This document shows positions 1-7,244 of a stretch of DNA of 47,209 nt, piece after piece (within the stretch, counting starts at the first letter, position 1; each line of letters opens with the position of its first letter). The DNA lies in assembly GCA_030652695.1 (NCBI GenBank), contig JAUSQD010000098.1:1-47209 (forward strand), in the 5' to 3' direction. Position numbers and translations under genes: made by a program. This stretch comes from Actinomycetota bacterium (GTDB taxonomy: Bacteria; Actinomycetota; Actinomycetes; S36-B12). The notes beneath the pieces were generated by a model that ran no database searches, had not been told where the DNA came from, and was given only the letters and a program-made list of their open reading frames with translations.

Positions 1-1091
1 CCCGGCTCGGGCTGGGCGAGCTCGGCGGCGCCGTGGGGGTAGACCGTGCCGCAGGAGTGCACGTTGGGGTCGATCAGCGGCGCCAGCCGGCTGGGGGCCG
101 AGAGCACGGGGTCGAGGTCGAGGCGGACCTCGGACAGCCAAGCGAGGTCGGGGCGGAAGCCGGTCACGACCACCACCTCGTCGACGTCGGCCACGCTCGC
201 CCCGTCGACGGCGATGATCCGCAGCGCGCCCGGGTGGTCGGGGTCGTGGGTGACCTCGGCCGTGCGGAAGCGGGTCACCGGCGTGACGGGACCGGCGGCG
301 ACGGCGGCCTGCGCCGCCTTGCCGAGCGCGCCGCGCGCCTCGAGCTGGTCGTTGTCGCCGCCGCCGAACGCGTCGGCCGTCTCGCCACGGCGTACGAGCC
401 AGGACACGCGGGTGCCCGGCACCCGCTCGGCGAGCTGGGTCAGGCCGACGAGGACGTTCTGTGCGGAGGCGCCGGTGCCGGCGACCGCGACGTGCCGGCC
501 GCCGAAGCGGGCGGCGGTCTCGGCCGCGGCGAAGTCGGGGATCCCGTAGGTGATCTGGTCGGCGTGCTCCGCCTCGCCGTACGCCGGCAGCCCGTCGGCC
601 CCCAGCGGGCTGGGGTCGCCCCAGGTGCCGGAGGCGTCGATGACCGCGGACGCGAGCAGCCGCTGGGTCCCGGTCGGGGTGGCGACGCGCAGCTCGAACG
701 GCGTCTCGGCGCGTCCGGCGTCGACCATCCGGTCGCGTCCCTGGCGGGTGAGCGCGGTGACGCGGTGCCCGAAGCGCACCTCCACCTCGGCGGTGGCGGC
801 GAGGGCGTCGGCGAGCGGCACGAGGTAGTCGCGGGCCCAGTCCTCACCGGTGGGGTACGACGCCGGGGCGGGTGGGGCCCAGCCGCGGCCGGCGAGCAGG
901 GCGGCCGCGACGGGGTCGACGAGCTCGCCCCAGGCCGAGAAGAGCCGGACGTGGCCCCACTGGCGCACGGCCGCGCCGGCGGTGTCGCCGGTCTCGAGCA
1001 CGACGGTCGGGAGCCCGCGGGACTGGGCGTGAGCAGCGGCGGCGAGCCCGATCGGGCCGGCGCCGACGATGACGAGGGGGTGCGTGGTCAT
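1..1091 (-). CDS. FAD/NAD(P)-binding oxidoreductase, ArsO-like flavoprotein of actinobacterial ars clusters (3' end runs off the window)
   Basis: My own minus-strand translation from the ATG at complement 1089-1091 gives MTTHPLVIVGAGPIGLAAAAHAQSRGLPTVVLETGD... (GxGxxG dinucleotide-binding fold). The frame stays open to position 1, so it is absent from the ORF track because no stop lies in the window. The + strand ORF 33..1121 is its antisense shadow. It is divergent from an arsR-family gene across a 67-bp palindrome-bearing spacer. Confidence 0.7.
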   Translation of the reverse strand, partial: MTTHPLVIVGAGPIGLAAAAHAQSRGLPTVVLETGDTAGAAVRQWGHVRLFSAWGELVDPVAAALLAGRGWAPPAPASYPTGEDWARDYLVPLADALAATAEVEVRFGHRVTALTRQGRDRMVDAGRAETPFELRVATPTGTQRLLASAVIDASGTWGDPSPLGADGLPAYGEAEHADQITYGIPDFAAAETAARFGGRHVAVAGTGASAQNVLVGLTQLAERVPGTRVSWLVRRGETADAFGGGDNDQLEARGALGKAAQAAVAAGPVTPVTRFRTAEVTHDPDHPGALRIIAVDGASVADVDEVVVVTGFRPDLAWLSEVRLDLDPVLSAPSRLAPLIDPNVHSCGTVYPHGAAELAQPEP

Positions 1092-1103
1092 GCCGGGAAC
1101 TCT

Positions 1104-1145
1104 ATCGATCCGGATCGATGAAAGCAACCATCGATCCGGATCGAT
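1104..1145. promoter_or_regulatory. Two copies of the perfect 16-bp palindrome ATCGATCCGGATCGAT, a candidate ArsR operator pair in a divergent promoter region
   Basis: Copies at 1104-1119 and 1130-1145, 26 bp start to start. They lie between the divergent start codons at 1091 (-) and 1159 (+). Confidence 0.6.
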
Positions 1146-1158
1146 GTATGGTCGGCGT

Positions 1159-2010
1159 ATGACGCAGACCCCGGTCAGTCCCGCCCTGCTCCCCGCCCTG
1201 CCCGCTGACGCGGCCACGACGTACGCCGAGTGGTTCGCCACGCTGTCCGACCCGACGCGGGTGCGGCTGCTGCACGCCGTGTCGTCGTCGCGCGCAGGCG
1301 CGCTGCGGGTGGGCGACCTGGCCGCCGCGCTGGGGATCAGCCAGTCGACCACCTCCCACCATGTCCGCCGGCTGGCCGAGGTCGGGTTCGTGAGCGTCGA
1401 CAAGGTCGGCACCTCCTCGGTGGTCACGGTCAACCCCACCTGCTGCACCGGCCTGCCGCACGCCGCCGACGTCGTCATGGGCACGCTCGCGGAGCTGCCC
1501 TGCTGCCCGGAGGACCTGCCCGCCGACGTCACCACCCGGGCGATGGCCGACGCCGACCTCGAGGCGGTGCGCGACATCTACGTCGAGGGCATCGCGACCC
1601 GCAACGCGACGTTCGAGACCGAGGCGCCGCCGGCCGACGAGCTTGACGGCAAATGGCTGCCGGAGCACCGCTGGGTGGCCGAGATCGACGGCGCCGTGGT
1701 CGGCTGGGCCACGGTCGCCCCGGTCTCCGCGCGGGCCTGCTACGCCGGGGTGGGGGAGACGTCGGTCTACGTGACCGAGGCGGCGCGCGGTCGCGGCGTG
1801 GGCAAGTCGCTGGTACACCGGCAGGTCACCGAGGCCGACCGCGGCGGGCTCTGGACCCTGCAGACCTCGATCTTCCCCGAGAACCGCGCCTCCATCGCGC
1901 TGCACCACTCCGCCGGCTTCCAGACCCTGGCCGTCCGCTCGCGGATCGCCCAGCTGGACGGCGTCTGGCGCGACACCGTGCTGCTCGAGCGGCGCCGCTG
2001 CGACGACTGA
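1159..2010 (+). CDS. ArsR-family winged-helix regulator fused to a PAT/ArsN1-like GNAT N-acetyltransferase
   Basis: The N-terminal half has the ArsR/SmtB signature (LSDPTRVRLLHAV...LGISQSTTSHHVRRLAEVGFV). The C-terminal half resembles phosphinothricin/arsinothricin acetyltransferases (VRDIYVEGIATRNATFETE...YVTEAARGRGVGKSL...IFPENRASIALHHSAGF). ATG 1159 (MTQTPVS) is preferred over the ORF-track start 1069, which would overlap the divergent gene and the palindromes. Confidence 0.8.
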   Translation: MTQTPVSPALLPALPADAATTYAEWFATLSDPTRVRLLHAVSSSRAGALRVGDLAAALGISQSTTSHHVRRLAEVGFVSVDKVGTSSVVTVNPTCCTGLPHAADVVMGTLAELPCCPEDLPADVTTRAMADADLEAVRDIYVEGIATRNATFETEAPPADELDGKWLPEHRWVAEIDGAVVGWATVAPVSARACYAGVGETSVYVTEAARGRGVGKSLVHRQVTEADRGGLWTLQTSIFPENRASIALHHSAGFQTLAVRSRIAQLDGVWRDTVLLERRRCDD

Positions 2011-2026
2011 CCCCCGGGGGTGTCCA

Positions 2027-2066
2027 GACACATCGATGTCTGTCAATATTGATGTATGTCGATATC
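2027..2066. promoter_or_regulatory. Operator-like palindromes and direct repeats at the start of the second arsR
   Basis: Palindromic core ACATCGATGT at 2030-2039 and palindrome TCAATATTGA at 2043-2052. Direct repeat GATGTCTGTC (2035-2044) / GATGTATGTC (2051-2060). These are preceded by CCCCCGGGGG at 2011-2020. Confidence 0.4.
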
Positions 2067-2400
2067 CGCCCCGCTGGACTGCTGTACCCCGCTGGCACGC
2101 GAGCCGATGTCGGCCGAGGGTGCCGACCGGGTCGTCCCGATGCTCAAGGCGCTTGCCGACCCGGTGCGCCTGCGCCTGATGTCGATGGTGCTCTCGCGCG
2201 TCGGCGCCGAGGCGTGCGCCTGCGAGCTGCTGCCGGCCTTCGACCTCTCCCAGCCCACCATCAGCCACCACCTCAAGGTGCTTCACGCGGCCGGCCTGCT
2301 CGACCGCGACAAGCGCGGCGTCTGGGTCTACTACCGCGCCCGCCCCGAGGCGATCGCCGCGCTCGGCACCCTCTTCGACTCCGAGCTGGCCCCGGCATGA
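2056..2400 (+). CDS. arsR: ArsR/SmtB-family arsenic-responsive transcriptional repressor
   Basis: 114 aa with LADPVRLRLMSMV...CACELL...LSQPTISHHLKVLHAAGLL and an N-terminal vicinal Cys pair (PLDCCTP). The stop overlaps the acr3 start (ATGA). Confidence 0.9.
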   Translation: MSISAPLDCCTPLAREPMSAEGADRVVPMLKALADPVRLRLMSMVLSRVGAEACACELLPAFDLSQPTISHHLKVLHAAGLLDRDKRGVWVYYRARPEAIAALGTLFDSELAPA

Positions 2401-3482
2401 GTACGACGGCGCCCCACGACGCCGGCGAGACCGCCGTACTCCAACGGCTCTCGACGCTCGACCGCTTCCTGCCGGTCTGGATCGGCCTCGCCATGGTCGT
2501 CGGCCTGGTGCTCGGCCGCAGCGTCGACGGCCTCGACGACGCGCTGTCGACCGTCGAGATCGGCTCGGTCAGCCTGCCGATCGCGATCGGCCTGCTGGTG
2601 ATGATGTATCCCGTCCTCGCCAAGGTGAGGTACGACGAGCTGGGCCACGTCACCGCCGACAAGCGGCTGCTGGGGGCCTCGATCCTGCTCAACTGGGTGC
2701 TCGGGCCGGCGCTGATGTTCGCGCTGGCGTGGCTGCTGCTGCCGGGCCTGCCGGAGTACCGCACCGGGCTGATCATCGTCGGGCTCGCCCGCTGCATCGC
2801 CATGGTGCTGATCTGGAACGACCTCGCGTGCGGCGACCGCGAGGCCGCCGCGATCCTGGTGGCGATCAACTCGGTCTTCCAGATCGTCGCGTTCGCCGCG
2901 CTCGGGTGGTTCTACCTCGAGCTGCTGCCCGGCTGGCTGGGCCTCGACACGTCGTCGCTGGACGTGTCGGTGTGGGAGATCGCCAAGTCGGTGCTGATCT
3001 TCCTGGGCATCCCGCTGCTCGCCGGCTACCTCACCCGCAGGCTGGGGGAGAAGGCGAAGGGCCGCGAGTGGTACGAGTCGCAGCTGATCCCGCGGATCGG
3101 TCCGGCCGCCCTCTACGGGCTGCTGTTCACGATCGTGATCCTGTTCGCGCTGCAGGGTGACACGATCACCAGCCGGCCCGGTGACGTGGCCCGGATCGCG
3201 CTGCCGCTGCTCGCCTACTTCGCGATCATGTGGGGGCTCTCGATGCTCCTCGGCCACCGGCTGCGGATGTCCTACGAGCGCACGACCACGCTCGCCTTCA
3301 CCGCCGCCGGCAACAACTTCGAGCTCGCCATCGCGGTCGCGATCGGCGTCTTCGGGGTCACCAGCGGCCAGGCCCTGGCCGGCGTGGTCGGCCCGCTGAT
3401 CGAGGTCCCCGTCCTGGTGGGCCTCGTCTACGTCGCGCTGTGGGCGCGGCGCCGCTTCGACTGGAACAGGAGCACGACATGA
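2397..3482 (+). CDS. acr3: ACR3-family arsenite efflux permease
   Basis: Multi-TM protein starting MSTTAPHD. It has the ACR3 hallmarks GLARCIAMVLIWN (conserved Cys) and AAGNNFELAIAVAI (conserved Glu). The 609-aa ORF-track call 1653..3482 is an upstream read-through; the real start is the ATG at 2397, in the same frame. Confidence 0.9.
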   Translation: MSTTAPHDAGETAVLQRLSTLDRFLPVWIGLAMVVGLVLGRSVDGLDDALSTVEIGSVSLPIAIGLLVMMYPVLAKVRYDELGHVTADKRLLGASILLNWVLGPALMFALAWLLLPGLPEYRTGLIIVGLARCIAMVLIWNDLACGDREAAAILVAINSVFQIVAFAALGWFYLELLPGWLGLDTSSLDVSVWEIAKSVLIFLGIPLLAGYLTRRLGEKAKGREWYESQLIPRIGPAALYGLLFTIVILFALQGDTITSRPGDVARIALPLLAYFAIMWGLSMLLGHRLRMSYERTTTLAFTAAGNNFELAIAVAIGVFGVTSGQALAGVVGPLIEVPVLVGLVYVALWARRRFDWNRSTT

Positions 3483-3901
3483 CCGTCCCCCCGACCGTCC
3501 CCCCGACCGTCCCCGAGGTGCTGTTCGTGTGCGTGCACAACGCCGGGCGCTCGCAGATGGCCGCCGCCCTGCTGGAGCACCATGCCGCCGGCCGGGTCGT
3601 CGTGCGCTCCGCCGGCTCGGCTCCCGCCGACTCGGTCAACCCGGCCGTGGTCGAGGTGATGAACGAGCTCGGCATCGACGTCTCCCGCAAGATCCCCACC
3701 AAGCTGCTCACCGAGGACGTCGAGGCGTCCGACGTGGTGGTCACGATGGGCTGCGGAGACGCCTGCCCGATCTTTCCGGGCAAGCGCTACGAGGACTGGG
3801 TGCTCAGCGACCCCGCAGGCCAGGGCATTGCTTCCGTGCGTCCGATCCGCGATGAGATCAGGGCACGAATCGAAGAGCTGATCTCCGAGATTGCCCCGTG
3901 A
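3479..3901 (+). CDS. arsC: Arsenate reductase, low-molecular-weight phosphatase (LMW-PTP) type
   Basis: MTVPPTVPPTVPEVLFVCVHNAGRSQMAAAL: a CX5R(S) P-loop, followed by VVTMGCGDACP. The start overlaps the acr3 stop (ATGA). The composition switches from very high to moderate GC within the last ~80-130 nt. Confidence 0.88.
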   Translation: MTVPPTVPPTVPEVLFVCVHNAGRSQMAAALLEHHAAGRVVVRSAGSAPADSVNPAVVEVMNELGIDVSRKIPTKLLTEDVEASDVVVTMGCGDACPIFPGKRYEDWVLSDPAGQGIASVRPIRDEIRARIEELISEIAP

Positions 3902-3925
3902 ACCTCAATCGTGATCGCATCATCG

Positions 3926-4411
3926 CTAGCAGCACGTAGCTCCAGCTGGCTCACTGGAGTCAAGTGAAGCGCAGCAGGCATTGCCGCCAACTTGATTGAT
4001 GATCATCGGTTCGAACACAGCATCGTTTGTCAGGTCATCGGTAATCGTGTAGATCTCCCAGGGCGCGCCGGCTGGATCGTGCGCCCAGGTCTTGTCCTGC
4101 TCTGCGTAGCAGCACACAGTGCGATTGATGTCCGAGAGCTCCACCCCTTCACTGGCAAGTCGCTGAGCCGTGGCAGCGACGGCCTCAGAATCCTCAACTT
4201 CGATCCCGAGGTGGTTCAGGGCACCTGCAGTGCCAATGCCCCGCTCCTCACTTGATGCCTGAATCAACACCAGTTTCAAGGGAGGTTCAACGATTGCAAA
4301 GTTTGCGTATCCAGGGCGCCGCTTGTGCGGAGTGGTGTTGAACAGGCGCGAGTAGAACTCAACAGAGGCTTCAAGGTCTGACACATTCAGCGCCAGCTGC
4401 ACTCGGGACAT
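3926..4411 (-). CDS. arsI: ArsI/CadI-family VOC metalloenzyme (candidate C-As lyase)
   Basis: Glyoxalase/dioxygenase-fold N-terminus MSRVQLALNVSDLEASVEFY, HLGIEV, and the vicinal Cys pair in TVCCYAEQDKTWAHDP typical of ArsI. The C-terminal tail is Cys-rich. The start is taken at M13 of the track ORF. Confidence 0.75.
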   Translation of the reverse strand: MSRVQLALNVSDLEASVEFYSRLFNTTPHKRRPGYANFAIVEPPLKLVLIQASSEERGIGTAGALNHLGIEVEDSEAVAATAQRLASEGVELSDINRTVCCYAEQDKTWAHDPAGAPWEIYTITDDLTNDAVFEPMIINQVGGNACCASLDSSEPAGATCC

Positions 4412-4435
4412 GGGTCTCTTCCAATCCATAGATGA

Positions 4436-4496
4436 ATATCGATACACCGATTCTCGAACATATATCGATAGATGTCAATAAAGATAGATATCGATA
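4436..4496. promoter_or_regulatory. Three ATATCGATA boxes (palindromic core TATCGATA), a candidate ArsR operator array in the arsI/arsR divergent region
   Basis: Exact copies at 4436-4444, 4462-4470 and 4488-4496, with a constant 26-bp period. The segment is AT-rich and lies between the arsI start (4411) and the arsR start. Confidence 0.6.
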
Positions 4497-4540
4497 TATG
4501 GGGTTACGTATGCGACCATGTCCTCATGGCAATCCCCAAG

Positions 4541-4873
4541 ATGATCGACATCGCGCCGAGCTCAACGAGCTGCTGCGATCCCGGGCTCTCGGCCCCGATG
4601 AGTCGAGCCGATGCTGACGGACTTGCCCAGCTGCTCAAGGCAGTCAGTGATCCCACTCGCCTGCAACTGCTGTCGATCATTCGCTCAAGGCCGGACAATC
4701 AGGCTTGCGTGTGTGATCTGACCGGTCCAGTTGGGCTTTCGCAGCCGACCGTCAGCCACCATTTGAAGGTGCTGACCGACGCCGGCATTCTCCAGCGAGA
4801 GCAGCGCGGCACTTGGGCTTGGTTCTCCATCAATGACTCAAGGCTGCAGCAGATTGCGCAGGCGCTCGCTTAA
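4541..4873 (+). CDS. arsR: ArsR/SmtB-family arsenic-responsive repressor (third copy, moderate-GC module)
   Basis: MIDIAPSSTSCCDPG...VSDPTRLQLLSII...ACVCDL...LSQPTVSHHLKVLTDAGIL. Start 4541 was chosen by N-terminal alignment to the 2056..2400 ArsR. In-frame alternatives are 4526 and 4472; the 4472 ORF would overlap the box at 4488-4496. Confidence 0.85.
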   Translation: MIDIAPSSTSCCDPGLSAPMSRADADGLAQLLKAVSDPTRLQLLSIIRSRPDNQACVCDLTGPVGLSQPTVSHHLKVLTDAGILQREQRGTWAWFSINDSRLQQIAQALA

Positions 4874-4882
4874 GCGAGCTCC

Positions 4883-6061
4883 CTACTCCTGGATCGCAGC
4901 TACCACGCGCAAGGGAACAAATGTCTTGATGCGAATTGGCTCGGGCATCGGCGTGAGGCCAAAGGATTCAAGTGCTCCCTGCCCTGCAAGTCGGACGAGA
5001 AATTGCGAGTACAACAGCGGAAGAGCCGTGGCTGAACCCGAGTCACAGATGAGCAGATGCGCGTAGCCCTCAACCGGCCAGCCCGCAAGTCCGGCGCCTT
5101 CGCCAAGCACAATCTTGGATGAGGCCAGGTCGAAGTTGCCCGCCACGGGGAATCCGCCGGTGGCAGCACTTGCAAGGATGTCGCCTTCTGGGGTGACGGT
5201 GACTTCCGTAGCGCCTGAGCCAACTTTGTAGAGCTGGATGTCATCTGAGGTGATCACAGTGTCGACTTCTTGACCATTGAGGTCTGTGCCCTTGACCGGC
5301 AGATTGGCCGAGCCAATGCCATTGTTTACGGCTGTGAAGATGGGCATGACGGCCAGTGCGCCCTCGGATGCCTGCATCTTCGCGATCATGGCGTCCTGGT
5401 CAGCGAACTTCTTGCCCGCCTTCAAGGTTGACACCGGGCCATCTGGCCAGGCTGCGGAGTCCTGCTGCGAAATCCAGGTGGTCATTGCAGTGACCGCACC
5501 TTGTGGCTTGTCGATGGACACCAAGGAGATCGGAGGAAGACCCGAGAGGTCGAAATCGGGGTTGGCATCCGCGATCAAGGGATCTTCCCAAGTCGTGACG
5601 TTGCCATTGAGCACTCCAGCGGCCGCCTCTGGAGTGAATACCAGGCCTTCCAGGCCAAGCACGCTGTAGGCGATCGTCGCTGGGTAGGCAAATGCGGGGA
5701 TGGTGATGACTTTGTCTGCCGGGCATGACGCCGCTTTGAACGAGGCGATCTCCGCCGGCGTTGGGGCTGCGCCCACGAGCGCGACTGGGGATGCAGCATC
5801 TGCTGCAACCTCAGTCACCGTCTGGTCAGGGCACACCGAGGCAAGCGCTGCGCCGACGGTGTCCATCGACCCGGTGAATTCCTGGGGGGTTGCGATGTCG
5901 ATGTTGCCAGTGCCACATTCGATGTTCGCCTCAGCACGTGCGGCCAGCACGTCAGGTGGCATCGGTGGTGTGCAGGCACTGAGCGCCAGCGCGCCAGCGC
6001 CGACTACAGCAGCGAGGACGATGCCCCGGATCTTCAACGAGTTCCGAGACATCGTCCTCAC
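4883..6061 (-). CDS. Divergent PstS-like (type 2 periplasmic-binding fold) lipoprotein
   Basis: Signal peptide with lipobox (GALALSAC). It has weak PstS-like segments (NVTTWEDPLI, compare ITTWNNPEI in the adjacent PstS). It lies 31 bp downstream of pstS on the same strand. Confidence 0.6.
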   Translation of the reverse strand: MRTMSRNSLKIRGIVLAAVVGAGALALSACTPPMPPDVLAARAEANIECGTGNIDIATPQEFTGSMDTVGAALASVCPDQTVTEVAADAASPVALVGAAPTPAEIASFKAASCPADKVITIPAFAYPATIAYSVLGLEGLVFTPEAAAGVLNGNVTTWEDPLIADANPDFDLSGLPPISLVSIDKPQGAVTAMTTWISQQDSAAWPDGPVSTLKAGKKFADQDAMIAKMQASEGALAVMPIFTAVNNGIGSANLPVKGTDLNGQEVDTVITSDDIQLYKVGSGATEVTVTPEGDILASAATGGFPVAGNFDLASSKIVLGEGAGLAGWPVEGYAHLLICDSGSATALPLLYSQFLVRLAGQGALESFGLTPMPEPIRIKTFVPLRVVAAIQE

Positions 6062-6092
6062 CTTCGATAGTTGCTGTGGATTGAGTTGCGAC

Positions 6093-7148
6093 TTACTTAA
6101 TCTTGAGGACGTTCGCGCGTGCCTTGGCCAGGATCTCGCCAGTCAGTGGCACATAGCCAAGTGATGAGGCCCGTGAAGGTCCGCACTTGGCCAGGACGTA
6201 GTCGAAGAACTGACGAACACCCAATCCGTTGGGGCCCTTGCCATCAGTGCGTGCCAAGCCGTAGGTGAAGATCGCAATTGGGTAAGCACCCTTGACCTTG
6301 CTTGCGTAGTTCAACTTCACGATGCCCGATGACTGCATGTCAGTCTGGGTGGCGAGGTTCTTTGCAGCTGAGGCTGCTGATGGGGCAACGAACTCGCCCG
6401 ATGCATTCTGCAGGCGGGCGGATGGGTAGCCCTTGGCATCGCCGAGATCGACGTAGCCAATGGTGCCTTCCTTGGCGATCACGTTAGCCATGACGCCTTG
6501 GTTGGTGCGACCTGCGACTGAGTTCTGTGGTGGCACGCCACCGGGGAATGCAGTGGACATGTCATCTTGCACCTTGGTGAAGGATGAAGGTGCCCATGCG
6601 TTCAGGTACTGCAGGAAGTTGTTCGTGGTTCCTGAAGCGTCTGAGCGGTAGGCAATCGTGATCGGCACAGCCGGAATCGACTTTGCGATACGGGCATTGG
6701 ACTTCAGGATCTCTGGGTTGTTCCAAGTCGTGATGGCCCCACTGAAGATCTTCGCCAAAGTTGCCTGCGTCAATTGAATGGATGAACCAAGAGTGCGACC
6801 AGTGGTCGGGTTCTTGAGGTTGATCGCGATGGCGATCGAACCGCCGACATTGGGAACGTACTCCCACTCGAAGGTCGGCTCACCAGAGGTGTACGCCGAG
6901 TCGGTCTGGCCGAACACGAAGGTGCCCTTGGAGAAGTTGCCCTTGCCGGTGCCTGAACCGGTGGAGGTGTAGGTGATGGTGAAGTTGTTCTGAGAGCCGT
7001 TGTAGTCGGCTGCGCACTGCTGCATGAATACGGCTGGGAACGAGGCCCCACCGCCTGGAACAGTTTCGGCTGCATTTGCCGGAGCAACCATGGCAAGCCC
7101 CGAGGCTGCGATGGCGGTGCCGGCGATGATCGCGAGTGTGCGACGCAC
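6093..7148 (-). CDS. pstS: Phosphate ABC transporter substrate-binding protein PstS
   Basis: GGGASFP, TSTGSGTGKGNF, ITTWNNPEI and RSDASGTTNNF motifs. The signal peptide ends ANA/AE and has no lipobox cysteine. Confidence 0.9.
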   Translation of the reverse strand: MRRTLAIIAGTAIAASGLAMVAPANAAETVPGGGASFPAVFMQQCAADYNGSQNNFTITYTSTGSGTGKGNFSKGTFVFGQTDSAYTSGEPTFEWEYVPNVGGSIAIAINLKNPTTGRTLGSSIQLTQATLAKIFSGAITTWNNPEILKSNARIAKSIPAVPITIAYRSDASGTTNNFLQYLNAWAPSSFTKVQDDMSTAFPGGVPPQNSVAGRTNQGVMANVIAKEGTIGYVDLGDAKGYPSARLQNASGEFVAPSAASAAKNLATQTDMQSSGIVKLNYASKVKGAYPIAIFTYGLARTDGKGPNGLGVRQFFDYVLAKCGPSRASSLGYVPLTGEILAKARANVLKIK

Positions 7149-7244
7149 TGAATTCTCCTTTGATGTATTTGATGACTGCTTACTTGAAGTTACGTACCTG
7201 ACGTTGCCGTTCAGGGACTTATCTGTGACGCGCAGCCAACTCTG

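Noticed and set aside
2011-2020. CCCCCGGGGG perfect palindrome after the ArsR-GNAT stop, considered as a terminator
   Set aside because: A 10-nt palindrome with no loop cannot form a stable hairpin terminator. It may be part of the downstream operator region but cannot be called on its own.
1653-2396. The 248-codon N-terminal extension of the acr3 ORF (609-aa call)
   Set aside because: The extension reads through the ArsR-GNAT and arsR genes in another frame and is Arg/Pro-rich nonsense. The Acr3 homology begins at MSTTAPHD (ATG 2397), which overlaps the arsR stop.
33-3257. Long ORFs in the GC-rich segment (33..1121 +, 1102..2286 -, 2331..3257 -, 2273..2869 -, 1230..1646 + and others)
   Set aside because: Their translations are Arg/Gly/Pro/Ala-rich with no family motifs. 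They lie antisense to or out of frame with clearly recognisable genes (ArsO-like, ArsR-GNAT, ArsR, Acr3). These are the stop-codon-poor shadow frames typical of DNA above 70% GC.
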